Shown piece after piece: positions 49,801 through 60,240 of a stretch of 64,000 bases of DNA. The stretch is from the NCBI GenBank assembly GCA_016713435.1, contig JADJPD010000029.1, positions 4,708-68,707 of the forward strand, written 5' to 3'. This DNA comes from Gemmatimonadota bacterium. GTDB lineage: Bacteria; Gemmatimonadota; Gemmatimonadetes; Gemmatimonadales; GWC2-71-9. The notes beneath the pieces are model-generated. The model worked only from the letters and a program-made list of their open reading frames with translations, was not told where the DNA came from and did no database searches. A program made the translations under genes and the position numbers. The stretch's first letter is position 1. Each line of letters begins with the position of its first letter.

Positions 49801-52800
49801 CGCGCCGAGCGTGCTCGTCACCGACGCGAGCGGCAACCCGGTGAGCGGCGCCAGCGTCACCTTCGCGGTGGCCACCGGCGGCGGCAGCGCCACCGGCCAG
49901 AGCGCCACCACCAACGCGAGCGGCATCGCCTTCGTGGGCAGCTGGACGCTCGGCACCACGGCCGGCGCCAACACGCTCACCGCCACGAGCGCCGGCCTCG
50001 CCGGCTCGCCCGTCACCTTCACGGCCACCGGCACCGCCGGCCTCGCCACCCAGATCACCGCCTCCGCGGGCGACGGCCAGTCGGCCGCGGCGGGCACCGC
50101 GGTGGCCATCGCGCCCGCGGTCCTGGTGCGCGACGCGTTCAGCAACCCCGTCCCCGGCGCGAGCGTGACGTTCGCGATCGCGACGGGCGGCGGCAGCCTG
50201 ACCGGCGCCACCGCCAGCACCAATGCGAGCGGCATCGCCACCGTCGGCAGCTGGACCCTCGGCGCCGCCGTGGGCAGCAACACCCTGACGGGGCGGACCG
50301 GCCTCCTCACGCCCGTCACCTTCACGGCCACCGGGACCACCGGCGCGGCCGCGCTCCTCACCAAGACCGCGGGCGACAACCAGGCGGCCACGGCCGGCAC
50401 CGCCGTGGGCGTGGCGCCGTCGGTCACCCTCACCGATGCCTTCGGCAACCCGGTGAGCGGCGCGAGCGTCACCTTTGCCGTGGCCACCGGCGGCGGCAGC
50501 GTCACCGGCGGCTCCGCCACCACCAACGCCAGCGGCGTGGCGACCGTCGGCAGCTGGACCCTCGGCGCCGTGGCGGGCGGCAACACCCTCACCGCCACGG
50601 CGGGGGCGCTCAACGTCACCTTCAGCGCCACCGGCAACGCCGGCACCGCGACGACCATCGCCCTCAACGGCGGCGACGGCCAGGCCGGCAGCGTGGGTGG
50701 CACCCTCGGCACCGCCGTCAGCGTGCTGGTGCGCGATGCGGGCACCAACCCGGTGAGCGGCTACGGCGTCAGCTTCAGCGCGCAGAACGGCGGCACCGTG
50801 AACTGCGGCGGCGGCCCCGCCGCGAGCTGCCTCGCCACCACCAACGGCAGCGGCATCGCCAGCGCCAGCTGGACGCTCGGCAGCACGAGCGGCGTCCAGA
50901 CGGCCACCGCGACGGCCGGCGGCCTCACCGGCTCGCCCGTCACCTTCACCGCCACGGCCACCGCGGGCGCGGCCACGAAGCTCTCCATCACCACGCAGCC
51001 CTCGGCCTTGGCCCAGAACGGCACGGTGCTGGCGCAGCAGCCGGTGCTCCAGCTGCTCGACGCCAACAACAACCCGGTGCTCCAGGCCGGCATCGACATC
51101 GACGCCGCCATCCAGTCCTCGGCGGTGCAGCTGGGCGGCACCACCACGGTGACCACCGACGCCGCGGGCCAGGCCGCCTTCACGGACCTGCTCCTGCTCG
51201 GCGCCACCGGCAGCTATCCCATCCGCTTCACCTCGGGAGCCCTGACGGCCGCCACCTCGTCGAGCGTGGCCGTCACGGCCGGCGCGGCGGTGGCCATCGC
51301 CATCAACGCCGGCAACGGCCAGAGCGCCACGGCGGGCAGCAGCGTGGCGGTGGCGCCCAGCGTGAAGGTGACGGACGTCAGCGGCAACGCGGTGAGCGGG
51401 GTCAGCGTCACCTTCGCGGTGACCTCCGGCGGCGGCAGCGCCACCGGCCTCGGCGCCACCACCAATGCCAGCGGCATCGCCACGGTGGGGAGCTGGACGC
51501 TCGGCACCGCGGCGGGCAACAACCTGCTGTCGGCCACGAGCGCCGGCCTGGCCGGCTCTCCGGTCAGCTTCACGGCGACCGGCACCGCCGGCGCGGCCAC
51601 CACGCTGGCGCTCTCGGGCGGCAACGGCCAGGCCGGCGCGGCCGGCGCGGCCCTCGCCACCCCGCTCGCGGTGCTCGTCACCGACGCCAACGGCAACCCG
51701 GTGAGCGGCACCACCATCACCTGGGCCACGGGGAGCGGCGGCTCGCTCACCCCGGCCACCAGCCAGACGAACGCCAGCGGCATCGCCACCACGAGCTGGA
51801 CGCTCGGCGGTGCCACCGGGGCGCAGGGGGCCACCGCCACCGCCGCGGGCCTCGCGGGCTCACCCGTCAGCTTCAGTGCCACCGCCACGGCGGCCGGCGC
51901 CGCCACCCTCGCCCTCGACGCGGGCGACAACCAGGCGGCCACGGCGGGCAGCGCGGTGGCCACGGCGCCGAGCGTGCTGGTCAGCGACGCCTTCGGCAAC
52001 CCGGTGAGCGGCGTCGCCGTCACCTTCGCCGTGGCCTCGGGCGGCGGCAGCGTCACCGGCGGCAGCGCCACCACCAACGCCAGCGGCATCGCCACGGTGG
52101 GCAGCTGGACGCTCGGCGGCACCGCCGGCGCCAACACGCTCACCGCCACGAGCGCGGGCCTGGCGGGCTCGCCCGTCACCTTCACCGCCACCGGCACGGC
52201 CGGCACCGCGGCGAGTCTCGCGCTCAATGCCGGCACCGGCCAGACGGCCACCGTCGGCGTGGCCGTGGCCACCCGGCCGAGTGTCGTGGTGCGCGACGCC
52301 TTCAGCAACCCGGTCAGCGGCGTGACGGTCACCTTTGCCGTGGCCACCGGCGGCGGCAGCGTCTCGGGCGGCAGCGCCACCACCAATGCGAGCGGCATCG
52401 CCACCGTGGGCAGCTGGACGCTCGGGACCACGGCGGGCAGCAACAGCCTCACGGCTACCAGCGCGGGCCTGACCGGGTCACCCGTCACCTTCACGGCCAC
52501 CGGCACGGCCGCAGCCGCCACGACCATCGCGCTCAACGCCGGCAACGGCCAGAGCGCCACGGCGGGCACCGCGGTGGCCACGGCGCCGAGCGTGCTGGTC
52601 ACCGACCAGTACGGCAATGCGCGGAGCGGGGTGAGTGTCACCTTCGCGGTGGCCACGGGCGGCGGCAGCGTCACCGGCGGCGCCGCCACCACCAACGCGG
52701 GCGGCATCGCCACGGTGGGCAGCTGGACGCTCGGCGGCACGGCGGGCAGCAACACGCTCACCGCCACGAGCGCCGGCCTTGCCGGCTCGCCGGTCACCTT

Positions 52801-55800
52801 CTCCGCCACCGGCACCGTCGGTGCCCCGGCGAGCATCACGAAGACGGCGGGCGACAACCAGGCCGCCACCGCGGGTGCGGCCGTCCCGGTGGCGCCCGCG
52901 GTCACCATCAGGGACGCCAACGGCAACGCCGTGAGCGGTGTCAGCGTCACCTTCGCCATCGTCACGGGCGGCGGCAGCGTCACCGGCGGCAGCGCCACCA
53001 CCAACGGCAGCGGCGTCGCCACGGTGGGCAGCTGGACCCTGGGCGCGGTGGCGGGCGGCAACACGCTCAGCGCCACGGCCGGCGCCCTCAGCACCACCTT
53101 CAGCGCCACCGGCAACGCCGGCAGCGCCACGACCATCACCCTGAACGGCGGCGACAACCAGGCCGCCACCGTCGGCTCCACGCTGGGCACGGCGCTCAGC
53201 GTGGTGGTCCGGGACGGGGGCAGCAACGCCGTGAGCGGCTACAGCGTCGGCTTCAGCGCGCAGAGCGGCGGCACGGTGAACTGCGGCAGCGGGGCCGCCG
53301 CGAGCTGCCTCGCCACCACCAACGGCAGCGGCATCGCCAGCGCCACCTGGACCCTCGGCAGCACCGCGGGCGCCCAGGCGGCCACCGCCACCGCCGGCGG
53401 CCTCACCGGCTCACCGGTGACGTTCAGCGCCACCGCCAACGCCGGCGCCGCCTCACTCATGAGCGCCAGCGCGGGCCAGGGCCAGAGCGCCAGCGCCGGC
53501 ACCGCGGTGGCCACGGCCCCGGCGGTGCTGGTCACCGACGCCTTCGGCAACCCGAAGAGCGGCGTCAGCGTCACCTTCGCGGTCGCGAGCGGCGGCGGCA
53601 GCCTGACCGGCGGCGGGACCGTGCTCACCAACGGCAGCGGCATCGCCACGGTGGGCGGCTGGACCCTCGGCGCCACGGCGGGGAGCAACAGCGTCACCGC
53701 CACCAGCGTGGGGCTCGGCGGCTCGCCGGTCACCTTCACCGCCACCGGCACCACCGGCCCGGCGGCCACCCTCGCGCTCGCGGCCGGCGACGGCCAGTCC
53801 GCGCAGGTCGGCTCGGCCGTGGCCACCGACCCGGCGGTGCTGGTCACCGACGCCTTCGGCAACCCGGTGAGCGGCGTGAGCGTCACCTTCGCCGTCACGG
53901 CGGGCGGCGGCGGCGTCGCCACCACCAGCACCAGCACCGACGCGCAGGGCCTCGCCACCGCGGGCGCCTGGACGCTCGGCACCACCCCGGGGACCAACAC
54001 GGTGACGGCCACGAGCGCCGGCCTCGCCGGGTCGCCCGTCAGCTTCACGGCCACGGCCACCACCGCCCCGGCCTCGGTGCTGCTGCTCAGCACCGCGCCG
54101 TCCGCCACCGCCGCGAGCGGCGCGGCGTTCGCGCAGCAGCCCGTGGTCACGCTCGAGGACGCCTTCGGCAACACCGTGGCGCAGGCGGGAGTCCCCGTCA
54201 CCGTGGGCTTCGCGAGCGGCAGCGGGACCTTCCTCGGCAGCTCCACCGTCGCCACCAGCGCGGGCGGCACGGCCACCTTCAGCGGGCTCGGCATCAGCGG
54301 GCTCGCCGGCAGCTATACGCTCCGCTTCAGCTCCACCGGCCTCACCGCCGCCACCAGCGGCGCCATCACCCTCTCGGCGGGGGCGGCCACCGCGTTCACC
54401 CTCCAGGCCGGCAACAACCAGTCGGCAACGGTGAACACCGCCATCGGCGTCCTCCCGGCGGTCAAGGTCACCGACGCCGCGGGCAATCCGGTGAGCGGCG
54501 TCGCCGTCACCTTCGCCGTGGCTTCGGGCGGCGGCAGCGTCAGCGGCGGCAGCGCCACCACCAATGGCGCGGGCATCGCCTCGCCGGCATCCTGGACGCT
54601 CGGCACCGCCGCGGGCAGCAACACGCTCACGGCCACGAGCGCGGGCCTGGCCGGCTCGCCGATCACCTTCACGGCCACCGGCACCGCGGGCGCGCCCGCC
54701 ACGCTGACGGCGCAGAGCGCCACCAGCCAGAGCGGCCGCGTGGGCATCGCCGCCACGGCCCTCCCGTCGCTGCTGGTGCGCGACCAGTTCGGCAACCCCG
54801 TCCCCAGCGCCAACGTGACCTTCCAGGTGGCGGCCGGCGGCGGCGCCATCACCGGCGGCAACGCCCTCACCAGCGCCAGCGGCGTCGCCACCCTCGGCAG
54901 CTGGACCTTCGGCACCACCGTGACCACCAACACGGTCACCGCCGCCGTGGGCGCGCTCACCCCGCTCGCCTTCGACGCCAGCGTCACCTTCGAGGTCGCC
55001 GAGGTGAGCGGCGGCGGCGTGCACGGCTGCGCGCGCACGGTGGATGGCGTGGCCTTCTGCTGGGGCGCCAACAACCTCGGCAGCGTGGGCGACGGCACCA
55101 GCACCCAGCGCCTGGCCCCGGCCGGTGTGCTCGGCGGCCACACCTTCATCCACCTCGAGGCGGGCGCCGACTTCTCCTGCGGCCTCGATGGCGCGGGCCT
55201 CGCCTACTGCTGGGGCAACAACACCAACGGTGCCCTGGGCAAGGGCTCGGCGGGCAACTCCTTCACCCCGGTGGCGGTGGCCGGCGGGCGCGCGTACACC
55301 GACGTGACTCTGCAGCGCGCGGCGGGCACCAACCACGCCTGTGCCCTCACCGCGACCGGCCTCCTCTACTGCTGGGGCAACAACGCGAGCGGCCAGTTCG
55401 GGACCGGGCCCGGCGGTGCGGCCACCAACTTGAGTCCGGTGCAGGCCGGCCAGTCCGGCGGTGGCGTCACTTACACCTACGTGACGGTTGGCAACCTTTA
55501 CACCTGCGCGATCCGCACCGGCGGCTCGGCGTATTGCTGGGGCAACAACAGCTTCGGCCAGTTGGGCACGTGGAACAAGACGAACCAGACGACCCCGGCC
55601 GCGGTTAGCGGAGGGCTCACCTTCTCCGAGCTCGCCGGGGGCCAGGTGCACACGTGCGGGCTGACCGTCGCGGGGACGGTCTACTGCTGGGGGCTCAACG
55701 CCTTCGGTCGGCTCGGGCAAGATCCGAATGTGCTGAGCGAGAGCCTGACCCCCGTGCAGGTCCCTGGCCTTGCCGGCGTGCTGCACATCGCCGCTGGCGG

Positions 55801-56089
55801 CGGGCACACCTGCGCCCTCCTCAACACGGGCGAGGTCTACTGCTGGGGCTCGAGCGAATCGGGTGAACTCGGCAACGGCGTCTCCGGCGTCGGCACCTTC
55901 TCCTTCACGCCGGTGGCCGTCACCCTGCCGCCGGGCGTGGGCAGCTTCACCAGCATCACCGCCGGCGCGGCCTGGGCCTGCGGCATCGGCGGCACCAGCG
56001 CCTACTGCTGGGGCGAGGGCAGCAACGCCCAGCTCGGCAACGGCAACATCGTGGACGTGGACGTGCCGGGCGCGGTCAGCAACCCGTAA
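46851..56089 (+). CDS. Giant surface lipoprotein of about 3,079 aa: about 26 tandem bacterial Ig-like modules plus a C-terminal seven-blade RCC1-like beta-propeller; one frameshift near 47575-47595 as assembled
   Basis: Signal/lipobox MRNTLRFAILAALFVSAAC in frame 0 (ORF 46758..47597). After ..AAASVAAVG the protein continues in the frame of ORF 46190..56089. Recurrent modules of ~100 aa are present (..NGGNNQSA.V.TAVAVAPSVLVTDA.GNPVSGVSVTFAVATGGGSVTG..ASGIATVGSWTLGT.AG.NTLTATSAGLAGSPVTFTAT). From 54989 there are seven copies of the xHxCAL...G..YCWGxNxxGQLG blade. Confidence 0.8.
46950..54988 (+). repeat. Coding tandem repeats of about 290-300 bp (Ig-like modules), two sequence subtypes
   Basis: About 21 A-type units (VTF..GGGS.TG..SWTLG) are interrupted by about 5 B-type units (TTQP..QQPV.QL.D.FGN.VAQAGV.VTA..). 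Many exact nucleotide strings of 20-40 nt recur, for example GGCATCGCCACGGTGGGCAGCTGGAC. Confidence 0.85.
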
Positions 56090-56108
56090 GCGGCCCCGGC
56101 GCCACGCG

Positions 56109-56142
56109 AACGGGGGCGGCACCGCGTGGTGCCGCCCCCGTT
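56109..56142. terminator. Bidirectional hairpin terminator after the giant gene
   Basis: AACGGGGGCGGCACC-GCGT-GGTGCCGCCCCCGTT forms a 15-bp stem. It is followed by TCGTC. Confidence 0.65.
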
Positions 56143-56145
56143 TCG

Positions 56146-56619
56146 TCAGCCATGCCAGGTTTCCCAGGTGAGCCCACAGCGTTGCTGGAAATAGAGGGGG
56201 GGATGTCCTTCGCGGTCGAGCAGCGCGTGCAGCATCTCGTGCCGCACCACCAGCTCGTGGGCCACGTAGCCCTCGGCCACCGCGATGCGCACCTCGTCGC
56301 CCACGCGGGACCAGAGGCCCACCTTGGGCCCCTCGTGCGTCGGGAAGGTCATCGCCCCGGGCACCACGTACCAGCGGATCCGGGTGAAGCGCCCCGTGCG
56401 CTGCGCGCACGACTCGGTGGCCTGCCACCAGCTGAGGTAGGCCGCGGGCGGCGTCATCGGCACGGCGTTGGCGGGGAAGTCGCTCGACGGCTCGAGCATG
56501 GTACACGCGGCTAGGAGCAGCATGACCCCTGCGAGTGACGCCTTCCGGGTGGAGGCGTGCGTCTCTCCAGGGGTCCACGCCGCGCCCGCCGCGCCGCTCC
56601 GCCGCGAATCAGCAGTCAT
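56146..56619 (-). CDS. Small putative lipoprotein with an HExxH motif (possible minimal zinc metallopeptidase)
   Basis: It has the lipobox-like MLLLAAC and the motif VVRHEMLHALLDREGH. The start is uncertain (ATG 56619 or 56523). Confidence 0.5.
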   Translation of the reverse strand: MTADSRRSGAAGAAWTPGETHASTRKASLAGVMLLLAACTMLEPSSDFPANAVPMTPPAAYLSWWQATESCAQRTGRFTRIRWYVVPGAMTFPTHEGPKVGLWSRVGDEVRIAVAEGYVAHELVVRHEMLHALLDREGHPPLYFQQRCGLTWETWHG

Positions 56620-56720
56620 GTGGTTGGAGAAGCCGCACCGGGCGCGGCTTCACACCATGGCGCGCGCGGGGTTGCTTCGGCGCGCGGCTCCTGCCAAACT
56701 CCCGGACAACCTCCTACACC

Positions 56721-58310
56721 ATGCTGCCAGCCGCCCGATTCCCGCGCCGATTCCGGCTCCCGTTACTCCTGCTCGTCCCCGCCGCCGGCGTGGTCGCCGC
56801 GCTCGCCGCCTTCCGGCCGGCGCCGGCGCCGCCCGCACTGGTGATCCTCGTCACCGTCGACCAGATGCGCGGCGACTACCTCCTTCGCTGGCGCACCCAG
56901 TGGACCGGCGCCTTCCGCCGCCTCGAGCGCGAGGCCGCCGTCTTCCCCGAGGGCCGGCAGGACCACGCACTCACCGAGACGGCCCCTGGCCACGCCACGC
57001 TGCTCTCCGGCCGCGTGCCCGCTGGCACCGGCATCGTCACCAACGGCCTCGGCGTCGGCGACTCGACGGTGCATCTCCTCGGTACCACCGGCGGCGGCGC
57101 CTCACCGTGGCGCTTTCGCGGTCCCACGCTGGTGGACTGGCTCCGCAGGGCGGACAGCGGCACGCGCGTGCTCTCCGTCTCCGCCAAGGACCGTGCCGCC
57201 ATCCTCCCCATCGGGAAGACGCGCGCCAGCGTCATCTGGTACAGCGACGGCCGCTTCACCACCAGCAGCTACTACCGCGACACCCTGCCCGAGTGGGTCG
57301 AGGCCTGGAACGCGCGCGGCGGCGTCGCCGCCGTGAGCGGGCGCCCGTGGCGGCTCCTGCTGCCTGACTCGGCCTACCCGGAACCCGACAGCGTCCCGCG
57401 CGAGAACCGGGGCAAGGACTTCACCTTCCCGCACGTGGCGCACGAGCCGGTGGCCGAGGGCGTCAAGCGCACGCCGTGGGTGGACTCGCTGATCCTCGAC
57501 CTGACCCTGGCCGGTGTCCGCGCGCTCGACCTTGGCCGCCGCGCCCGTCCCGACCTCCTCGCCGTCTCCCTCTCCGGCACCGACTACATCGGCCACGCCT
57601 TCGGGCCCGACAGCCGCGAGGTGCACGACCACCTGCTGCACGTGGACCGCTGGCTGGGCCAGTTCCTCGACTCGCTCGAGGCCCGGGTGGGGAAGGGCCG
57701 CGTGTTGCTCGTGCTCTCCGCCGACCACGGCGTGACCCCGTTCCCCGAGCTCACGCAGGCCCGGGGCCAGGACGCCGGGTACCTCCGGCTCGGCGCCCTG
57801 ACGCGCGAGGTCAACCGCCAGCTCCGCGACCGCTACGCCGGCGCCCCCAGGCTGGTGCAGGACAACGGCCTCCTCTACGCCGACCGCGAGCAGCTGCGCG
57901 AGGCCGGCGTCTCCCCGGAAAGCCTGGCAACCGCCCTCGCCGCCCAGGCCTGGCGCCTCCCCGGCGTGGTGGACGCCTGGACCCCCGCCACCCTCGGCGC
58001 GGCGCTCCCCGTCAACCTCCACGCCCGTCGCTGGGCGCGGCAGCTGCCCCGCGACTTCTCCTGGCTCCTCGCCGTCCAGGCCAAGCCCGGCTGGGTCTAC
58101 GCCGACGGCCCCGGCAGCGACGCCCAGCATGGCACCACCAATGACGATGATGCCGGGGTCCCCGTGATCTTCCTGGGCCCCGGCATCCCCGCGGGGATCT
58201 TCCCCGACACGGTGCGCACGGTCGACATTGCCCCCACCCTCGCCAGCCTCCTCGGCCTCAAGCCCGAGGGGCGGCTCGACGGCCGGCCCATCCGGAGGCT
58301 CACACGATGA
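56721..58310 (+). CDS. Alkaline-phosphatase-superfamily enzyme (nucleotide pyrophosphatase/phosphodiesterase, NPP-like)
   Basis: It has a signal sequence, then LVTVDQMRGDYL, TETAPGHATLLSG, GTDYIGHAFGP and LSADHG motifs. Confidence 0.75.
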   Translation: MLPAARFPRRFRLPLLLLVPAAGVVAALAAFRPAPAPPALVILVTVDQMRGDYLLRWRTQWTGAFRRLEREAAVFPEGRQDHALTETAPGHATLLSGRVPAGTGIVTNGLGVGDSTVHLLGTTGGGASPWRFRGPTLVDWLRRADSGTRVLSVSAKDRAAILPIGKTRASVIWYSDGRFTTSSYYRDTLPEWVEAWNARGGVAAVSGRPWRLLLPDSAYPEPDSVPRENRGKDFTFPHVAHEPVAEGVKRTPWVDSLILDLTLAGVRALDLGRRARPDLLAVSLSGTDYIGHAFGPDSREVHDHLLHVDRWLGQFLDSLEARVGKGRVLLVLSADHGVTPFPELTQARGQDAGYLRLGALTREVNRQLRDRYAGAPRLVQDNGLLYADREQLREAGVSPESLATALAAQAWRLPGVVDAWTPATLGAALPVNLHARRWARQLPRDFSWLLAVQAKPGWVYADGPGSDAQHGTTNDDDAGVPVIFLGPGIPAGIFPDTVRTVDIAPTLASLLGLKPEGRLDGRPIRRLTR

Positions 58311-58669
58311 GCGCCTTCCCCGCGCTCCCCTGCTTTCCCTGCCCGCACCAGTCGGCCTGCTGCGGCTACGGCGTCACCCTCTCCGAGGAGGAGGCGCGCG
58401 ATCTCTCTGCGCGCCACGGCGAGGAGAAGGTCTACCGCACCCGCTGGGGCGAGTGGCGGACCCGCGTCCGCAACCGCCGCTGTATCTTCATCGTGAACAA
58501 CGCCTGCTCCATCCACGCCGACCCGTCCTATCCCGCCGTCTGCCGGGCCTTCCCCTGGACCGACGCCGAGACCGGCGGGCCGTACGAGTACGACCAGACC
58601 ATCTGCCCGGAGTTCCTCGCCCGGCCGGAACTGGTCCAGATCGGCAAGCGCGGCGGCACCCCCGCCTGA
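58307..58669 (+). CDS. YkgJ-family cysteine-cluster protein (UPF0153)
   Basis: CFPCPHQSACCGYG is present, then C..C..C further on (RRCIFIVNNACSIH..AVCRAFP). ATGA overlaps the NPP gene. Confidence 0.65.
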   Translation: MSAFPALPCFPCPHQSACCGYGVTLSEEEARDLSARHGEEKVYRTRWGEWRTRVRNRRCIFIVNNACSIHADPSYPAVCRAFPWTDAETGGPYEYDQTICPEFLARPELVQIGKRGGTPA

Positions 58670-58698
58670 GTCCCCCGTCCCCTTCCCGGAGTCCCGTC

Positions 58699-60066
58699 AT
58701 GCATCGTCCCGCGGCCGCCGCCGTCCTCGTCCTCAGCTTCGTGGCCGCGCCCGTCGCGGCGCAGTCCGACCCGGCGCTGCTCCGCCGCGCGGAGCGCCTG
58801 CTCGACCAGACGATCCTCATTGACGGCCACAACGACCTCCCCTGGGAGATCCGCACCAACAGGGACCACCCGCGCGACGTGGCTGCCTACGACCTGCGGC
58901 AGCGCACCCCCGGCCACACCGACCTCGCCCGGCTCCGCGCCGGCCACGTCGGGGCGCAGTTCTGGTCCATCTACATCCCCGGCGAGATCCGGGACAGCGG
59001 CTACGCCCGGGTGCAGCTGGAGCAGTTCGACATCGCCCGCCGCATGGTGGCGCGCTACCCCGAGGCCTTCACCCTGGCGCTCACCGCCGACGACATCGTC
59101 GCGGCGCACCGCAAGGGCCGCATCGCCACCCTCCTCGGCATGGAAGGCGGCCACGCCATCGAGAACTCGCTCGGCGCCCTCCGCTCGTACTACGCCCTCG
59201 GGGCCCGCTACATGACGCTCACCCACAACGTCACCCTCGACTGGGCCGACGCCGCGCAGGACACCCTGAAGCACGGCGGCCTCACCCCCTTCGGCCGCGA
59301 GGTGGTGCGGGAGATGAACCGGCTCGGCATGCTGGTGGACCTGAGCCACGTCTCCCCCGGCGTCATGAGCGACGCGCTGGACGTGGCGGAGGCCCCGGTG
59401 ATCTTCTCGCACTCCTCCGCCTACGCGATCACGCCTCACAAGCGGAACGTCCCCGACTCCATCCTGGCCCGCCTCCCGAAGAACGGCGGCGTGGTCATGG
59501 TGACGTTCGTCTCCTCGTTCATCTCCGACGCCAACCGCCGCGCCGACCTTGCCGCCGACAGCGCCGTGGGCGCCGCCCTCCGCGGCATCACCGACTCCAC
59601 CGAGCGACGCCGCATCGCGCGCGAGGTCCGCGCCGCGCACCCCGTCCCGCCCGCCACCATCGCCGACGTGGCCGACCACATCGAGCACGTGGTCAAGGTG
59701 GCCGGCATCGACCACGTGGGCCTGGGCGGCGACTACGACGGCACCACCGACCTCCCCGTCGGGATGGAGGACGTCTCGAAGTACCCGGCGCTCTTCGCCG
59801 AGCTCATGCGCCGTGGCTGGAGTGACGCCAACCTCAAGAAGCTCGCGGGCGAGAACCTGCTCCGCGCCTTCCGCCAGGCCGAGCGCACCGCCGCCCGCCT
59901 CCAGCGCGAGCCCACGGCGACCATCGAGCTGCGACGATCGAGTCGCTGCACCAGCGGTGCCCGGCGCCGGTGTGACTCAACGCAGAGACGCGGAGGGCGC
60001 AGAGGGCCGCAGAGGACCTGCGTTCGGAGTTGGCGGGTCGCCTCAGGGACAGCCCGCGGTCTTTGA
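58699..60066 (+). CDS. Membrane (renal-type) dipeptidase, peptidase family M19; the ORF runs ~30 codons into repeat element copy 4
   Basis: It has a signal peptide, then IDGHNDLPWEIR, GMEGGHAIE, TLTHN, DLSHVS, FSHSS and GLGGDYDG motifs. The stop at 60064-60066 lies inside the element. Confidence 0.8.
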   Translation: MHRPAAAAVLVLSFVAAPVAAQSDPALLRRAERLLDQTILIDGHNDLPWEIRTNRDHPRDVAAYDLRQRTPGHTDLARLRAGHVGAQFWSIYIPGEIRDSGYARVQLEQFDIARRMVARYPEAFTLALTADDIVAAHRKGRIATLLGMEGGHAIENSLGALRSYYALGARYMTLTHNVTLDWADAAQDTLKHGGLTPFGREVVREMNRLGMLVDLSHVSPGVMSDALDVAEAPVIFSHSSAYAITPHKRNVPDSILARLPKNGGVVMVTFVSSFISDANRRADLAADSAVGAALRGITDSTERRRIAREVRAAHPVPPATIADVADHIEHVVKVAGIDHVGLGGDYDGTTDLPVGMEDVSKYPALFAELMRRGWSDANLKKLAGENLLRAFRQAERTAARLQREPTATIELRRSSRCTSGARRRCDSTQRRGGRRGPQRTCVRSWRVASGTARGL

Positions 60067-60210
60067 GCGGGTGTGGCTCCGGGTCCGGCAATCGGATCCC
60101 AACCCGTAGCGGCGCCCAATCCCAGGAAGGGCAGAGCCCGGGGCTCGCTAGACGCCTCCCCAGGCTCGATCCGCAGGCCCTCTGCGGCCCTCCGCGTCTC
60201 TGCGCCTCCC
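59977..60210. mobile_element. MITE/REPIN-like element copy 4 (degenerate; only the arms are conserved)
   Basis: The left arm is TCAACGCAGAGACGCGGAGGGCGCAGAGGGCCGCAGAGGACCTGCGTTCGGAG. The right arm is CCGCAGGCCCTCTGCGGCCCTCCGCGTCTCTGCGCCTCC. The internal sequence is unrelated to copies 1-3. Confidence 0.6.
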
Positions 60211-60240
60211 CGGATCCGGGGAACCGGGCGCACGGCCGCC

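Noticed and set aside
46950-54988. Regularly spaced repeats that could superficially resemble a CRISPR array
   Set aside because: The repeat period is about 290-300 bp, with no short unique spacers. The repeats are in frame and encode Ig-like domains, and no cas genes are nearby.
47527-56578. Very long minus-strand ORFs (1073, 670, 351, 278 and 1041 aa) opposite the giant gene
   Set aside because: Their translations are low-complexity P/A/V/T strings that mirror the plus-strand repeats and have no domain signatures. The plus strand carries clear Ig-like and RCC1 motifs. They are typical stop-poor antisense shadows in GC-rich DNA.
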